The notes beneath the pieces are model-generated. The model made no database searches. It was not told where the DNA came from and was given only the letters and a program-made list of their open reading frames with translations. This document shows, in pieces, positions 49,721 to 58,867 of a DNA stretch of 64,000 bases. Position 1 is the first letter of the stretch, and each line of letters starts with the position of its first letter. Origin of the DNA: a candidate division CPR3 bacterium GWF2_35_18 (GTDB lineage Bacteria; Patescibacteriota; CPR3; GWF2-35-18). The DNA lies in contig MESW01000002.1 in NCBI GenBank assembly GCA_001771135.1, forward strand, positions 5,315 to 69,314, in the 5' to 3' direction. A program made the position numbers and the translations under genes.

Positions 49721-50362
49721 ATGAAAAGATTGTTTTTTAAGAAGAAAATCATTATTTTAGTATTTCTTATAGCAGTAATCTTGATTACTATCTTTATTGT
49801 TGGAGTTAGTTATCTTTTTATTAAAAATCCTGCTAAATACTACAGCATAAAATCACAGATTTTCCCAATAGAAGATAAAATTCCTGAAAATGTAGACCCG
49901 GTTTCCAAAGATTTTGGTCTGGTAATTCCGAAGATTGGGGTAAATGTTCCAATTATTGCTGATGTAAATGGTTTGAATCCCAATGAATTTTTATGGAAGG
50001 TGACCGAAGGAGTTGCGCATTTTAAACACGTAGAGGCGTATGACGTAATTGTTGATGGAGCTTTTCCAGGGCAAGCGGGAAATATTTTCCTTTTTGGTCA
50101 CAGTCAAATTCCTGGAGGAGATACTTCCAAATATCAAGCGGTTTTTAATGAACTTCCAGTTTTGACCTACGAAGATAAGCTTATCGTATATTATAAAGGA
50201 GAAAAGTATGAATATCGTGTTATTGAGGGAAAAGTGATTGAAAAAACTGAAGTTTACTATTTAGAAAGAACTCCGGAGGAGACTTTACATTTAATGACCT
50301 GTTGGCCTTTAGGTTTTAATAATCAGCGTTATCTAGTTACAGCTTTAAAATCACAGCTTTAA
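49721..50362 (+). CDS. Sortase
   Basis: N-terminal TM; IPKI, GNIFLFGHS and LMTCWP...R catalytic His/Cys/Arg. Confidence 0.92.
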   Translation: MKRLFFKKKIIILVFLIAVILITIFIVGVSYLFIKNPAKYYSIKSQIFPIEDKIPENVDPVSKDFGLVIPKIGVNVPIIADVNGLNPNEFLWKVTEGVAHFKHVEAYDVIVDGAFPGQAGNIFLFGHSQIPGGDTSKYQAVFNELPVLTYEDKLIVYYKGEKYEYRVIEGKVIEKTEVYYLERTPEETLHLMTCWPLGFNNQRYLVTALKSQL

Positions 50363-50513
50363 TTCCTTTTTTCTCTTACTATACTCAACCTCCCTTGAAT
50401 TTGAAACAAATATAGTTGAATATAACCCGTATAACAACATATTAATCATTTACAAATTGAAGTTATATGGATATAGTACAATAGGTTTTCAATATAAATT
50501 AAAAAGGATATAT

Positions 50514-50747
50514 ATGAATAATAAAACTGACGAACAAAAATTGAAAGAGATTATCGACTCCGTTCGCACTGGATTACAAATGGATGGAGGAGATATGGAG
50601 CTCATATCTTTCTCAGAGGGAATTGTAAAACTAAAATTTGCTGGCGCTTGTGTTGGTTGTCCTATGTCGATAATAACTTTTCAAGAATATATCGAAAAAG
50701 AAATTAAAACCCACCTTCCTAATGTAAAAAAGGTCGAAATATCATAA
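50514..50747 (+). CDS. NifU C-terminal domain (NfuA-like) protein
   Basis: LQMDGGD..L...GACVGCPMS; start placed at MNNKT. Confidence 0.9.
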   Translation: MNNKTDEQKLKEIIDSVRTGLQMDGGDMELISFSEGIVKLKFAGACVGCPMSIITFQEYIEKEIKTHLPNVKKVEIS

Positions 50748-50821
50748 TTTGTTGTTGAATTAATGTTTTTACGTTAATAGGGTAATATTGTTATTCAATA
50801 ATCTTATTTTCTAGGAGAAAT

Positions 50822-52234
50822 ATGAAGAAAACCAAAATAGTTGCAACTTTGGGGCCTGCATCTGAAAGCGCAACTAAGATAAAATCTCTAATAAAAGCCG
50901 GTGTTAACGTTTTTCGATTTAATCTTAAACACAATGATAAACAGTGGCACAGTGACAAGATTGAATTAGTGCAAAAATGTGCTAATGAAATGGGGAAGCC
51001 TATTGCTATTTTACTTGATTTAGTTGGACGTGATTTACGTTTGGGCAAAATTCCGAATAAAGGGATGCTTCTTAAAAGAGGACAAGAAGTTATTTTTGCT
51101 GATGAGAATAATTTTAAAGAAGGCGAGATTCCAGTTCGTAACTTTATTGCCTACAAAAATTTAAAAGAAGGTGTTCGTTTCTCGGCGGACTCGGGATCTT
51201 TATTTTTTAAGGTTTTTGAGGTAAAAGAACGTTTTTTCAAAGCTAATGCTTTGAAGGGAGGGTTTTTAAAAGAGAATAAAGGAGTAAATATTCCTCATTT
51301 AAAAGTAAACCTTCCGGCTTTAGTTGAGAGTGATCTAGATCGGTTATCACTAGCTGCAAAGCATGATGTTGATTATGTAGCTCTTTCCTTTGTGCAAACA
51401 AGAGATGATATTAGGATTTTGAAGCGCGAAATGGAAAAATTAAAAGTCAAAGCAAAAACGATGGCAAAAATTGAAGATACATTAGGAATTCAGAACTTTG
51501 ATGAAATATTGGAAGAGGTTGATAGTATTATGGTAGCCCGGGGAGATTTGGGGATAGAAGTTCCAATCGAAAAGGTTCCCATTTTACAGAAAGAGATGAT
51601 TGAAAAGTGTCGTTTAGCGGGAAAACCAGTAATTACGGCGACTCAGATGATGGAATCAATGTTAGATAATCCAATACCTTCAAGAGCTGATGTATCAGAT
51701 GTGGCTAATTCTGTTTATGATTATACTGATGCCGTAATGCTTTCTGGAGAAAGTGCTGCGGGTAATTATCCGGTAGAGACTGTGAGACAGATGAGTAAAA
51801 TACTTTTTCAAGCAGAGCGAAAATACTTACCGCCAAGCTCTCCACATGCTTCGATTAATACTACTGATGCTATGGTGCAATCAGCGCTGGAGCTTACTTA
51901 CTTTAAACCAAAAGAAGGTGCAAAACCTTCTGCAATAGTAGTTTTGACCGAAACAGGAAGATCGGTAAGGTTATTATCACGTTTACGACCGATTTTGCCT
52001 ATTATTGCATTAACCCAAAGTGAAAAAGTTCGTGATGAACTTTGTCTTACTTGGGGAGTAACTCCTTATTATTTAAACTTAGGACACGAAAGGCTTGAAT
52101 TATCAAAGGTTTTTAGGTTTTTAAAAGAGAATCAAATTGTAGGAAAAGGGCAATTACTTATTATTCTTTCTGGAGAAATTACCGGAGAGCCGGGTCGTAC
52201 CAATATGGTAACGCTTAAAGAAGTTTGGGAATAG
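50822..52234 (+). CDS. pyk: Pyruvate kinase
   Basis: KTKIVATLGPAS, AKIE, MVARGDLG, TATQMMESM and AVMLSGESA. Confidence 0.96.
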   Translation: MKKTKIVATLGPASESATKIKSLIKAGVNVFRFNLKHNDKQWHSDKIELVQKCANEMGKPIAILLDLVGRDLRLGKIPNKGMLLKRGQEVIFADENNFKEGEIPVRNFIAYKNLKEGVRFSADSGSLFFKVFEVKERFFKANALKGGFLKENKGVNIPHLKVNLPALVESDLDRLSLAAKHDVDYVALSFVQTRDDIRILKREMEKLKVKAKTMAKIEDTLGIQNFDEILEEVDSIMVARGDLGIEVPIEKVPILQKEMIEKCRLAGKPVITATQMMESMLDNPIPSRADVSDVANSVYDYTDAVMLSGESAAGNYPVETVRQMSKILFQAERKYLPPSSPHASINTTDAMVQSALELTYFKPKEGAKPSAIVVLTETGRSVRLLSRLRPILPIIALTQSEKVRDELCLTWGVTPYYLNLGHERLELSKVFRFLKENQIVGKGQLLIILSGEITGEPGRTNMVTLKEVWE

Positions 52235-52246
52235 TTTCTCGAAGTA

Positions 52247-52963
52247 TTATTCATTGACTAGATTTTGATTATTTTTCCATCGTTTTTCAAACTCTTCTAA
52301 GATTAAGGCTTTTTCAAGTTGATAATTCCCAATTTTTGTTCGCGTGAGCTTGGAAACATAAGCTCCGCAATTCAGTTTTTGGCCGAGATCATGAATCAAG
52401 GATCGGATGTAAGTTCCCTTTGAACAAAAAACTCGAATTTTAGCTTTTGGTTCGTTTTTCTGTGTTTTTTCTCTAAATTCCAGTAATTCTATCTCAAATA
52501 TATTTATTGTACGTTTTGGAAGGGTTTTGAGGTCTATTTTTTCTTCCCGAGCTTTTTTGTATAATCTTTGTCCATTTACTTTGATAGCGGAAAATGGGGG
52601 AACTGTTTGTTCTTGTTGACCGACAAAATCGACAAGTACTTTTAGGAGTTTGGTCTTATTTAGGGTTTCTATTTTTTCTTGTTCACATCTATGAACAGTC
52701 TTTCCTTCTTTGTCGTACGTATCTGTTTCGGTTCCAAATGTTGCTTCAACAATGTATTCCTTGTTTAGTCCCATGAATTCATCTTGTTTTTTGCATGCTT
52801 TTCCGATTAGAACGATAAGTAATCCTTCTGCAATAGGGTCTAGTGTCCCAGTGTGACCTATCTTTTTTATTCCCGTGATTTTTCTTAATTCCGCAACAAT
52901 ACGGAATGAAGTTGGTCCTACGGGTTTGTGTATAAGTATAGGAGGATATTCTTCTTGATTCAT
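52247..52963 (-). CDS. truB: tRNA pseudouridine-55 synthase
   Basis: KIGHTGTLDP.AEGLL, TDTYD, PPFSAIK and CSKGTYIRSL. Confidence 0.95.
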   Translation of the reverse strand: MNQEEYPPILIHKPVGPTSFRIVAELRKITGIKKIGHTGTLDPIAEGLLIVLIGKACKKQDEFMGLNKEYIVEATFGTETDTYDKEGKTVHRCEQEKIETLNKTKLLKVLVDFVGQQEQTVPPFSAIKVNGQRLYKKAREEKIDLKTLPKRTINIFEIELLEFREKTQKNEPKAKIRVFCSKGTYIRSLIHDLGQKLNCGAYVSKLTRTKIGNYQLEKALILEEFEKRWKNNQNLVNE

Positions 52964-53188
52964 GTTCGAATTGTAGGAGATTAGATCATAAAAGTCAAAA
53001 AAGTGGAGACAATTTGATTTTTGGGTGATATCAAACTATGGGTTACTATGTGGTTATTGTCACAGCAGTAACATTAATATGTTTAATATAGGACATAAAT
53101 ATAATAAAAATATGGATATTGATTGTTATATAAGGGTAAAACTGTATTTATTGGTAATTATTGCACTTCGTTTGTACTATTATGGGTC

Positions 53189-53345
53189 TTGACAAATATA
53201 TTTGAATGTGGTAAGGTAATATTGTCCTTTCTAAAAAGGCAATCGTTCATCTCCTAAATTGGGGGGCTGACAAGGTTAATTGGGACGCCGTATGTAGCAA
53301 CAAATGGTGCCGCGATTAGCCCTGATAGCCCCTCAATTGCGTTTC
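53189..53345 (+). ncRNA. Candidate structured ncRNA with its own promoter
   Basis: TTGACA(53189)-17-TGgTAAGGT; small hairpin ATTGTCCTTT/AAAGGCAAT; then an ~85-nt irregular rod AATTGGGGGGCT...AGCCCCTCAATT; no ORF. Confidence 0.5.
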
Positions 53346-53538
53346 TATAGTAATTTTTCAAAAACTAGAATCCCCCGGAATAGAATATTCTAGAAGTATC
53401 TATCAGCTTTATAGTGTAATTAGTAGGCCTATAAATATTCTGTGTAATTAATTAGGGTATTTTATATTTCCCTTATATATAAATGTATGATTTAAATATA
53501 CTAAAATTTATAGTAAAGTTATGGTATTAAATGTATAT

Positions 53539-53756
53539 CCTATAGTGCTTGACAAATACTTAAAAACATGATATACTATTTTTGTTAAGTTGGAGAGAGA
53601 AGAATATATTCCATTTTTTTAAAAGCTCTCTGAATCGATAAGAAGAAGGAGTTTTTTTTGCACTTAAAATATTAGAAAAAATACATTTAAAGATTAGTAG
53701 GTAATCCGAAGTGGAGGAGAGACTCTCCAACAAACAAACTATTTCTCCTCTGCTTC
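53539..53756 (+). promoter_or_regulatory. Leader module A1: promoter, TGGAGAG motif, terminator, complement-loop hairpin
   Basis: CCTATAGTgcTTGACA(53549)-17-TGaTATACT(53572); GTTGGAGAG 53589; weak terminator ~53621-53659; stem 53708-53720/53744-53756 with loop CTCTCCAACAAAC. Confidence 0.7.
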
Positions 53757-53770
53757 ATATTATCTATTAA

Positions 53771-53889
53771 CCCATAGTATTGACATTTATTAAAAATTAT
53801 GCTATACTATTTATAGTTTGTTGGAGAGAGCAGTAAAAGCAGGAATCTTACTGTATAAAAGAGAGCTCGCCAACGCGCGAGCTTTTTTT
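53771..53889 (+). promoter_or_regulatory. Leader module A2: promoter, motif, terminator
   Basis: CCCATAGTATTGACA(53780)-17-TGcTATACT(53803); GTTTGTTGGAGAG 53816; AGCTCGC-caacgc-GCGAGCT plus T-run at 53864-53889. Confidence 0.75.
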
Positions 53890-54112
53890 GTCGCACCTTA
53901 TAACAAATTACTGAAGTCATGGTTAAAGAATTTATGAGAGGCTTATAACTTTGACAAATTATATTATTTGGAGTATATAGAAATGTATTTCCCCAAAATA
54001 CTGGAAATATATATGTTGGGGCTTAAAAATTATATAGCCCCAAGCAATGAGAGAGGTGGAATAGCTATCTAAGTAGCTTATTTATAGCTTCTCATATCCA
54101 AAAGCGGTTTTT

Positions 54113-54172
54113 TGTTATTCTGAGCGGTATGTGAAAGATCATTAGAAATTTCTCACTGCGTTCAGAATGACA
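54113..54172. repeat. TGTCAT...ATGACA palindromic (REP-like) element, copy 1
   Basis: TGTTATTCTGAGCG...CGTTCAGAATGACA terminal inverted repeats. Confidence 0.75.
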
Positions 54173-54958
54173 GAAAATAAAAGAATCGGAACTACGAAAA
54201 AGAATTGAAACGACAGAAATAGATGTGGAAGAAGAGGTACGTGTTTAGAACTTTAAAAAAAGAATATTTCGTTAATCTCCGGAAATAATCCGGAAAATTT
54301 TAAATTCTTCTTAATGAAGGAAGATTGCAGTTACTGCAAGGAAGTAAACTGGAAGCTATTGATTTAGTATCTAGTTCGCTTTCTTGCAGGAAGTTGAGGT
54401 CTGTTAGGAAAATCTTTCCGCTTTCATAAGTCGCAAGCGCAGAAAGGATCTGCAGATTTTCAAACCAGAATACTCAGACGGTTGGGTAATAGTCAGGTTG
54501 ACCCTGTGAATCCAAACGAAGTACTGCAAAAAGTGTCGTTCCCGGTTTTTCGGGCCTGAAGGGTTGTACCCCGTAGGCGCCTGGGTAGGACCCAATTATA
54601 GGTCCGCCTAACCGGAAAAAGACCTCTTCCTTTGGAAGGGGCATATCGTGCCTGTCAGGTAATAGGCCTTGCAGTTTTTGTAGAATTTATCCGAAGCTGC
54701 TTTCAGAGCAGTCTTAGATAAGCGGATAGAGGAAGCAAAAATAAAGAGGCTGAAAAACTTGAAGGGCGAAATTGGACAATTTCTTTCAACTCCCCAAACC
54801 GAAAGGGTTAGTAACTTGAGAGGGAACGGTCTCCATTTGTTTTTCTGGTTCCAGTCCAGCTGCCGAATACAGTAGGCAAAAGATGAAAGGACTCAGACTG
54901 AACTTTCAAGAGTGAAACACTCTCTTAGGCAAGGGGTAGTATTCAAGGAGAATGATAT

Positions 54959-56341
54959 ATGGAGACTAAAACCTCCACCCAGAGCCGCAAGGGGCTCTAT
55001 AATATCTTTGCGTCCGTTATCGTAGCCCTGATGCTCGTTGCCGTTTTCTTCGGCTTCGTTGGCACTGCGGCCGCTCAGGAGTCCGTTCCTGACTACCAGC
55101 CCGTGGTTGACCCTTATCCGGTCACCGTGGGCGTTACCACCGCGATCAGCCTCAGCCCGGCACCGACCGCGACGGCCGACATCCACTGGACGATCAACGC
55201 CTCTGATGGTAGTCTCGTGCTGGATACCACCGAGTTCACGGTGACGCATGTGTTCACCAATGCCGGCGATTACACCGTTGGTGTGACGATCAGCGACACG
55301 AATGGCGTGTATGTGAATGCCTGGTTGCTGAACGTGGAAGAGCCGGTTTTGACACCTGCTGCTGCCTTGACCAACCTGTTGACCGCTGTGATGGCGCCTG
55401 CAAGCCCTGATAAAGCCGCTGATGTAGCTGAAGCTGTTGCCGATGTTCAGCGCGCTCTGGGCGTGGTTGTTCGCGGCGCCGTCCAGTCCAATGAAGGCGG
55501 TTCGATCGAACTTCGCCCTGTCCAGCCGATTGCGGCAATGAGTGAAGAAGCTCGCGCTTTGGCTATGGACACTGCTGCTGGCACCGATCTGCACTTCGCA
55601 TGGGGTGCTGGATGGCACAATCATCAGGCCGATTTGGGCGCTGGGACTCAACTGTTGAGCGGCGTCTTCTTCGACTCTGACGATCCGGCCTATTTCGGCA
55701 CCACCGAACCGATCTCTGGCGGCCTCTGGGTGTCTTCGATGTACACCCCCAACGTTAGCCTGGAAACGGCCGAATATACCACGACCTTCACTTCTACCCA
55801 GTGGGTAGACAGCGATGGCAACGGTATGTTTGACCTTCTGGCGGTTGGTAGCCCCTGGGATGGTTCTGTCGTCACCATGAGCCTCGATTACGAAGGCGTA
55901 TACACCGAGACCTGGAGCGTCCAGATCGGTATGGAACCGAAACTGATTAGCACCGAAGGCACCAGCCCTGCACCGGCGACCGCCGATGCTTTCCGCACCA
56001 GCGCTGCTGCTGATACATACCCATTCGTACCCGGTCAGGGTTGGGATGTAGCTGCCAATACGGCTTACACGGACACCGTCTTCTACGGCGCTTACTTCGG
56101 TGGCGCTGATTTTGGCGGCGTCTGCAATGACCACTGCGTGGTTAGCTATGCTGGGCGGAGCTATGAATCGACCGATGCTGATGGCAACGGGACGTACGAT
56201 TTCTTCCTGCCCGGCGCTGGTTCTGCCGAAATCGAAGGCCCTGGGGCTTGGGAATTCACCGTCACCGATGACGATGGCAATACCGAGACCTGGATCTTCA
56301 TCCTGGGCGCCACTCCTCAGATCGTCCCCGCTGGCGAGTAA
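54959..56341 (+). CDS. GC-rich exported/surface protein (PKD-like domain plus two DxDGNG-containing repeats)
   Basis: AAGGAG RBS; signal peptide ending AAAQ; TH.FT.AG.YTV.VT.SD PKD pattern; DSDGNGMFD and DADGNGTYD. Confidence 0.85.
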   Translation: METKTSTQSRKGLYNIFASVIVALMLVAVFFGFVGTAAAQESVPDYQPVVDPYPVTVGVTTAISLSPAPTATADIHWTINASDGSLVLDTTEFTVTHVFTNAGDYTVGVTISDTNGVYVNAWLLNVEEPVLTPAAALTNLLTAVMAPASPDKAADVAEAVADVQRALGVVVRGAVQSNEGGSIELRPVQPIAAMSEEARALAMDTAAGTDLHFAWGAGWHNHQADLGAGTQLLSGVFFDSDDPAYFGTTEPISGGLWVSSMYTPNVSLETAEYTTTFTSTQWVDSDGNGMFDLLAVGSPWDGSVVTMSLDYEGVYTETWSVQIGMEPKLISTEGTSPAPATADAFRTSAAADTYPFVPGQGWDVAANTAYTDTVFYGAYFGGADFGGVCNDHCVVSYAGRSYESTDADGNGTYDFFLPGAGSAEIEGPGAWEFTVTDDDGNTETWIFILGATPQIVPAGE

Positions 56342-56804
56342 CAATCAAAACTATGCTTCAACCCTGAGGCTGTCTGCAGAAATGCGGATAATAAATAACT
56401 AATGGGTGGAAACCTGCCGGCCTCCTGGCCTGCGCGTTTGTACGTCCTGATCTGCGCTCTTTGTGCGCCGGCAGGTTTCCTTGTCTTTTCATCTTAGTCT
56501 GGTTTTATCTTGACCAGTCCCAAAGCCTATCATTAAGTTGATAGATCCTCAGGAAAACAAGATAAGTGAAGGATTTTTCCTTCCTGGAGTTATAGAGAAA
56601 ATAAAGAATCTATAGCAAGACTCCAAGATGAGGCAATTCCTCATCGAGCTAGTTTGCATGAAAATGCAGTTAAAATTGGTTTGGTCATTGTGAAGGTCTG
56701 TTGTTTTTGTATTGAAGATACATTTATTGTCACCCTAAAAGTGACCTGTCCTTATCATCTTCAAAACACCAACCAACAAAACAACACAATCATCAACCCA
56801 ATCT

Positions 56805-56868
56805 AGCTTCCCTCTTGTGCTTAGCACCTGATGAAGGCTTGGGAAGATCAAGCCGAAAGAGGAAAGTT
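56805..56868 (+). ncRNA. Type III hammerhead ribozyme
   Basis: Stem III CCTCT/AGAGG; CUU site ending at 56816; stem I GTGC-tta-GCAC; CTGATGA 56828; one extra A; stem II GGCTTG-ggaagat-CAAGCC; GAAA 56855. Confidence 0.8.
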
Positions 56869-56887
56869 AAATTATATATATTAAATC

Positions 56888-56918
56888 AAAAGCCACCCTG
56901 AAAATGGGTGGTTTTTTT
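56888..56918 (+). terminator. Intrinsic terminator closing cassette A
   Basis: AAAAGCCACCC-tgaaaat-GGGTGGTTTTTTT. Confidence 0.85.
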
Positions 56919-56934
56919 GTGCCTTTTTGTATTT

Positions 56935-57040
56935 TGTCATGCTGAACGAAGTGAAGCATCTAGGTCTAAAGACCGCAGTATTGGTAACTGTGCGTTCTGC
57001 CTTTGGCAGAACTAGATCCTTCGTTAAACTCAGGATGACA
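56935..57040. repeat. TGTCAT...ATGACA palindromic (REP-like) element, copy 2
   Basis: TGTCATGCTGAACGAAGTGAAGCATCTAG...CTAGATCCTTCGTTAAACTCAGGATGACA; overlaps the GIY-YIG stop codon. Confidence 0.85.
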
Positions 57041-57341
57041 TAAATAAATTATTAAAATTAGGATTGATAGTCTTTATAAGGCTAATCTTTTTCTCCCTTT
57101 TCCAACCTTTGATTTTCTTTTCTACTTCTATTGCTTCTGTAGGAGAATTAAATTCTTCCATCCAAATTAATTTATATAGTTTGTATTTCTTAGAGAAGGA
57201 ACTTTTTATTATACCTTTTGTATGTTCTTCAATTCTTCTTTCTAAATCATTGGTTATTCCGGTATATAACACAGAATTTGTATGATTAGTAATAATATAA
57301 ACATACCAACTGAAGTTATTCATATTATTTAAGAATATCAT
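57030..57341 (-). CDS. Stand-alone GIY-YIG nuclease family protein
   Basis: YVYIITN....LYTGITNDLERRI.EH...EAI..EKKIKGW.R.KK..LI...NP. Confidence 0.9.
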   Translation of the reverse strand: MIFLNNMNNFSWYVYIITNHTNSVLYTGITNDLERRIEEHTKGIIKSSFSKKYKLYKLIWMEEFNSPTEAIEVEKKIKGWKREKKISLIKTINPNFNNLFMSS

Positions 57342-57385
57342 ATATATCGAACAGAAGAATATGATCGTGATATACTTAAAAAAGT

Positions 57386-58867
57386 ATGAAAGTCCTACAG
57401 ATTTGGGGAGCGATTTCCCTGATTATTATTTTTGCTTTCTTATTATCATGGCAACCAATTTTTGCTCTGGCTTTTCTGCTTGGAGTTATTTTTGTAGCTA
57501 TTTCATTTATTAATCCATATTTAGCTACTTACTTGATTGCTATTTTGATTCCTTTTGTTGATCTTATGTCTTCCAAGTGGATGCCTGAAGAATATACAGC
57601 GATAATAAAGTTTGCTTCAGAAATTTCGGTGGGAATTTTACTCCTTACCATTTTTATCAGAAAAGCAGTTCAGAAGGAGAAGTTTTTATTTAACCATGCT
57701 TATCTATATTTTTCTCTCTTTCTTTTATTGTCGGTTTTATCAATTATTGCGAATCAGGTAGACATAGAACACTTTACTTTTGGATTGACTGTGATTATTC
57801 GTTATATCTTTCTTTTTTTTACTGTTTCTCAATTAAAATGGGATAAGAAAAAGTTAAAAACATTCTACGGAGTGATGATTGGAATTGGACTCTTTCAAAT
57901 ACTGATTTCCTTGGGACAGGTAATAATAGGGGATTCCTTCAAGAGTATCTTTGCGGTTGAGGTAAAGAGAGCTATATCTTCAACTACGGTTTATTCGATA
58001 GAAAGACAATCTCTTGATTTGGCTTGGGTTTTTGGAACTTTCTCAAGATATAACTTATTGGGTGGGTTCTTAATGCTTTGGCTAGATTTAGTCTTTGCAG
58101 GACTTTTTATTGTAAGAAGTAAATTCCATAAATTTGGACTTTCTGTTGCTTTGATTTCAGGAATTGTTGTTTTAATTCTTTCCAATTCTCGTAATTCTTG
58201 GATTGGAACATTCTTCGGTTTTATGTCGATTCTGATTCTTCTTAATAAACGTAAAGTGGTAGCTATCGCATCTATTGTCGTTGTTTCTTTGGCTATGCTT
58301 TTGGTTTCTGTGTATGAGCCTGTTTCTTTGTCAATCACGGAAAGCTCTGGGGCTACTCCTGTAGAGCGTTTTTTGGGAGTATTTTCCGGCGAATACATCC
58401 AAAAATCATTACAAAACGATCGGTTATTTCTGATCAGCAAAGCTTCTCAGCAGGTGATTGCATATAAGCCACTACTTGGAGTAGGAATGGGATCAGCTTG
58501 GTCATCTCAAGAAGCAGCCTTTGGAGATTTTAAATATGGAGTCCTTTTAGGTTTGCCTGTTGATGCTTGGTATTACTTAGGAGATGTGGGATGGATTGCC
58601 ATTATGACACAGGTAGGACTTTTGGGTTTAGTGGCATTCTTGGGATTTATCATTAGTCTCTATTCTCAAGCCTCAAAATTGTTAAAAAGATATTTCGGAA
58701 TTGAAAAAGTATTAATCGTGAGTTTCTTGGCCATGATTGTAGCGATGATTATTACCAATATTTGGTCTTTTAACTTTACCTATCGTTCAGTTAGTTTCTA
58801 TTTCTGGCTTGTTGGAGGAGTGGTTTTTAGCTTTTTTGGGAGGTCGAAAAAGGAGCAAATATCATGA
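57386..58867 (+). CDS. O-antigen ligase/Wzy-like membrane protein
   Basis: About 12 TM; GTF..YN, S.SR..W, P.LGVG.G and ..VG..G patterns. Confidence 0.78.
   Translation: MKVLQIWGAISLIIIFAFLLSWQPIFALAFLLGVIFVAISFINPYLATYLIAILIPFVDLMSSKWMPEEYTAIIKFASEISVGILLLTIFIRKAVQKEKFLFNHAYLYFSLFLLLSVLSIIANQVDIEHFTFGLTVIIRYIFLFFTVSQLKWDKKKLKTFYGVMIGIGLFQILISLGQVIIGDSFKSIFAVEVKRAISSTTVYSIERQSLDLAWVFGTFSRYNLLGGFLMLWLDLVFAGLFIVRSKFHKFGLSVALISGIVVLILSNSRNSWIGTFFGFMSILILLNKRKVVAIASIVVVSLAMLLVSVYEPVSLSITESSGATPVERFLGVFSGEYIQKSLQNDRLFLISKASQQVIAYKPLLGVGMGSAWSSQEAAFGDFKYGVLLGLPVDAWYYLGDVGWIAIMTQVGLLGLVAFLGFIISLYSQASKLLKRYFGIEKVLIVSFLAMIVAMIITNIWSFNFTYRSVSFYFWLVGGVVFSFFGRSKKEQIS

Noticed and set aside
53723-53828. 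Invertible promoter (13-bp inverted repeats flank promoter A2)
   Set aside because: In modules A1, B and C the same repeats flank the terminator, not the promoter. G-U-compatible stems point to RNA pairing, and there is no recombinase in the window. Not fully excluded without read-orientation data.
53000-54958. RNase P RNA, tmRNA, SRP RNA, tRNA or group I/II intron
   Set aside because: No GAGGAAAGUCC, tRNA-like ends, SRP loop motif or intron core elements recognised; cmscan would settle it
54893-56344. 483-aa minus-strand ORF
   Set aside because: Antisense shadow of the GC-rich gene 54959..56341, which has the RBS, signal peptide and domain motifs
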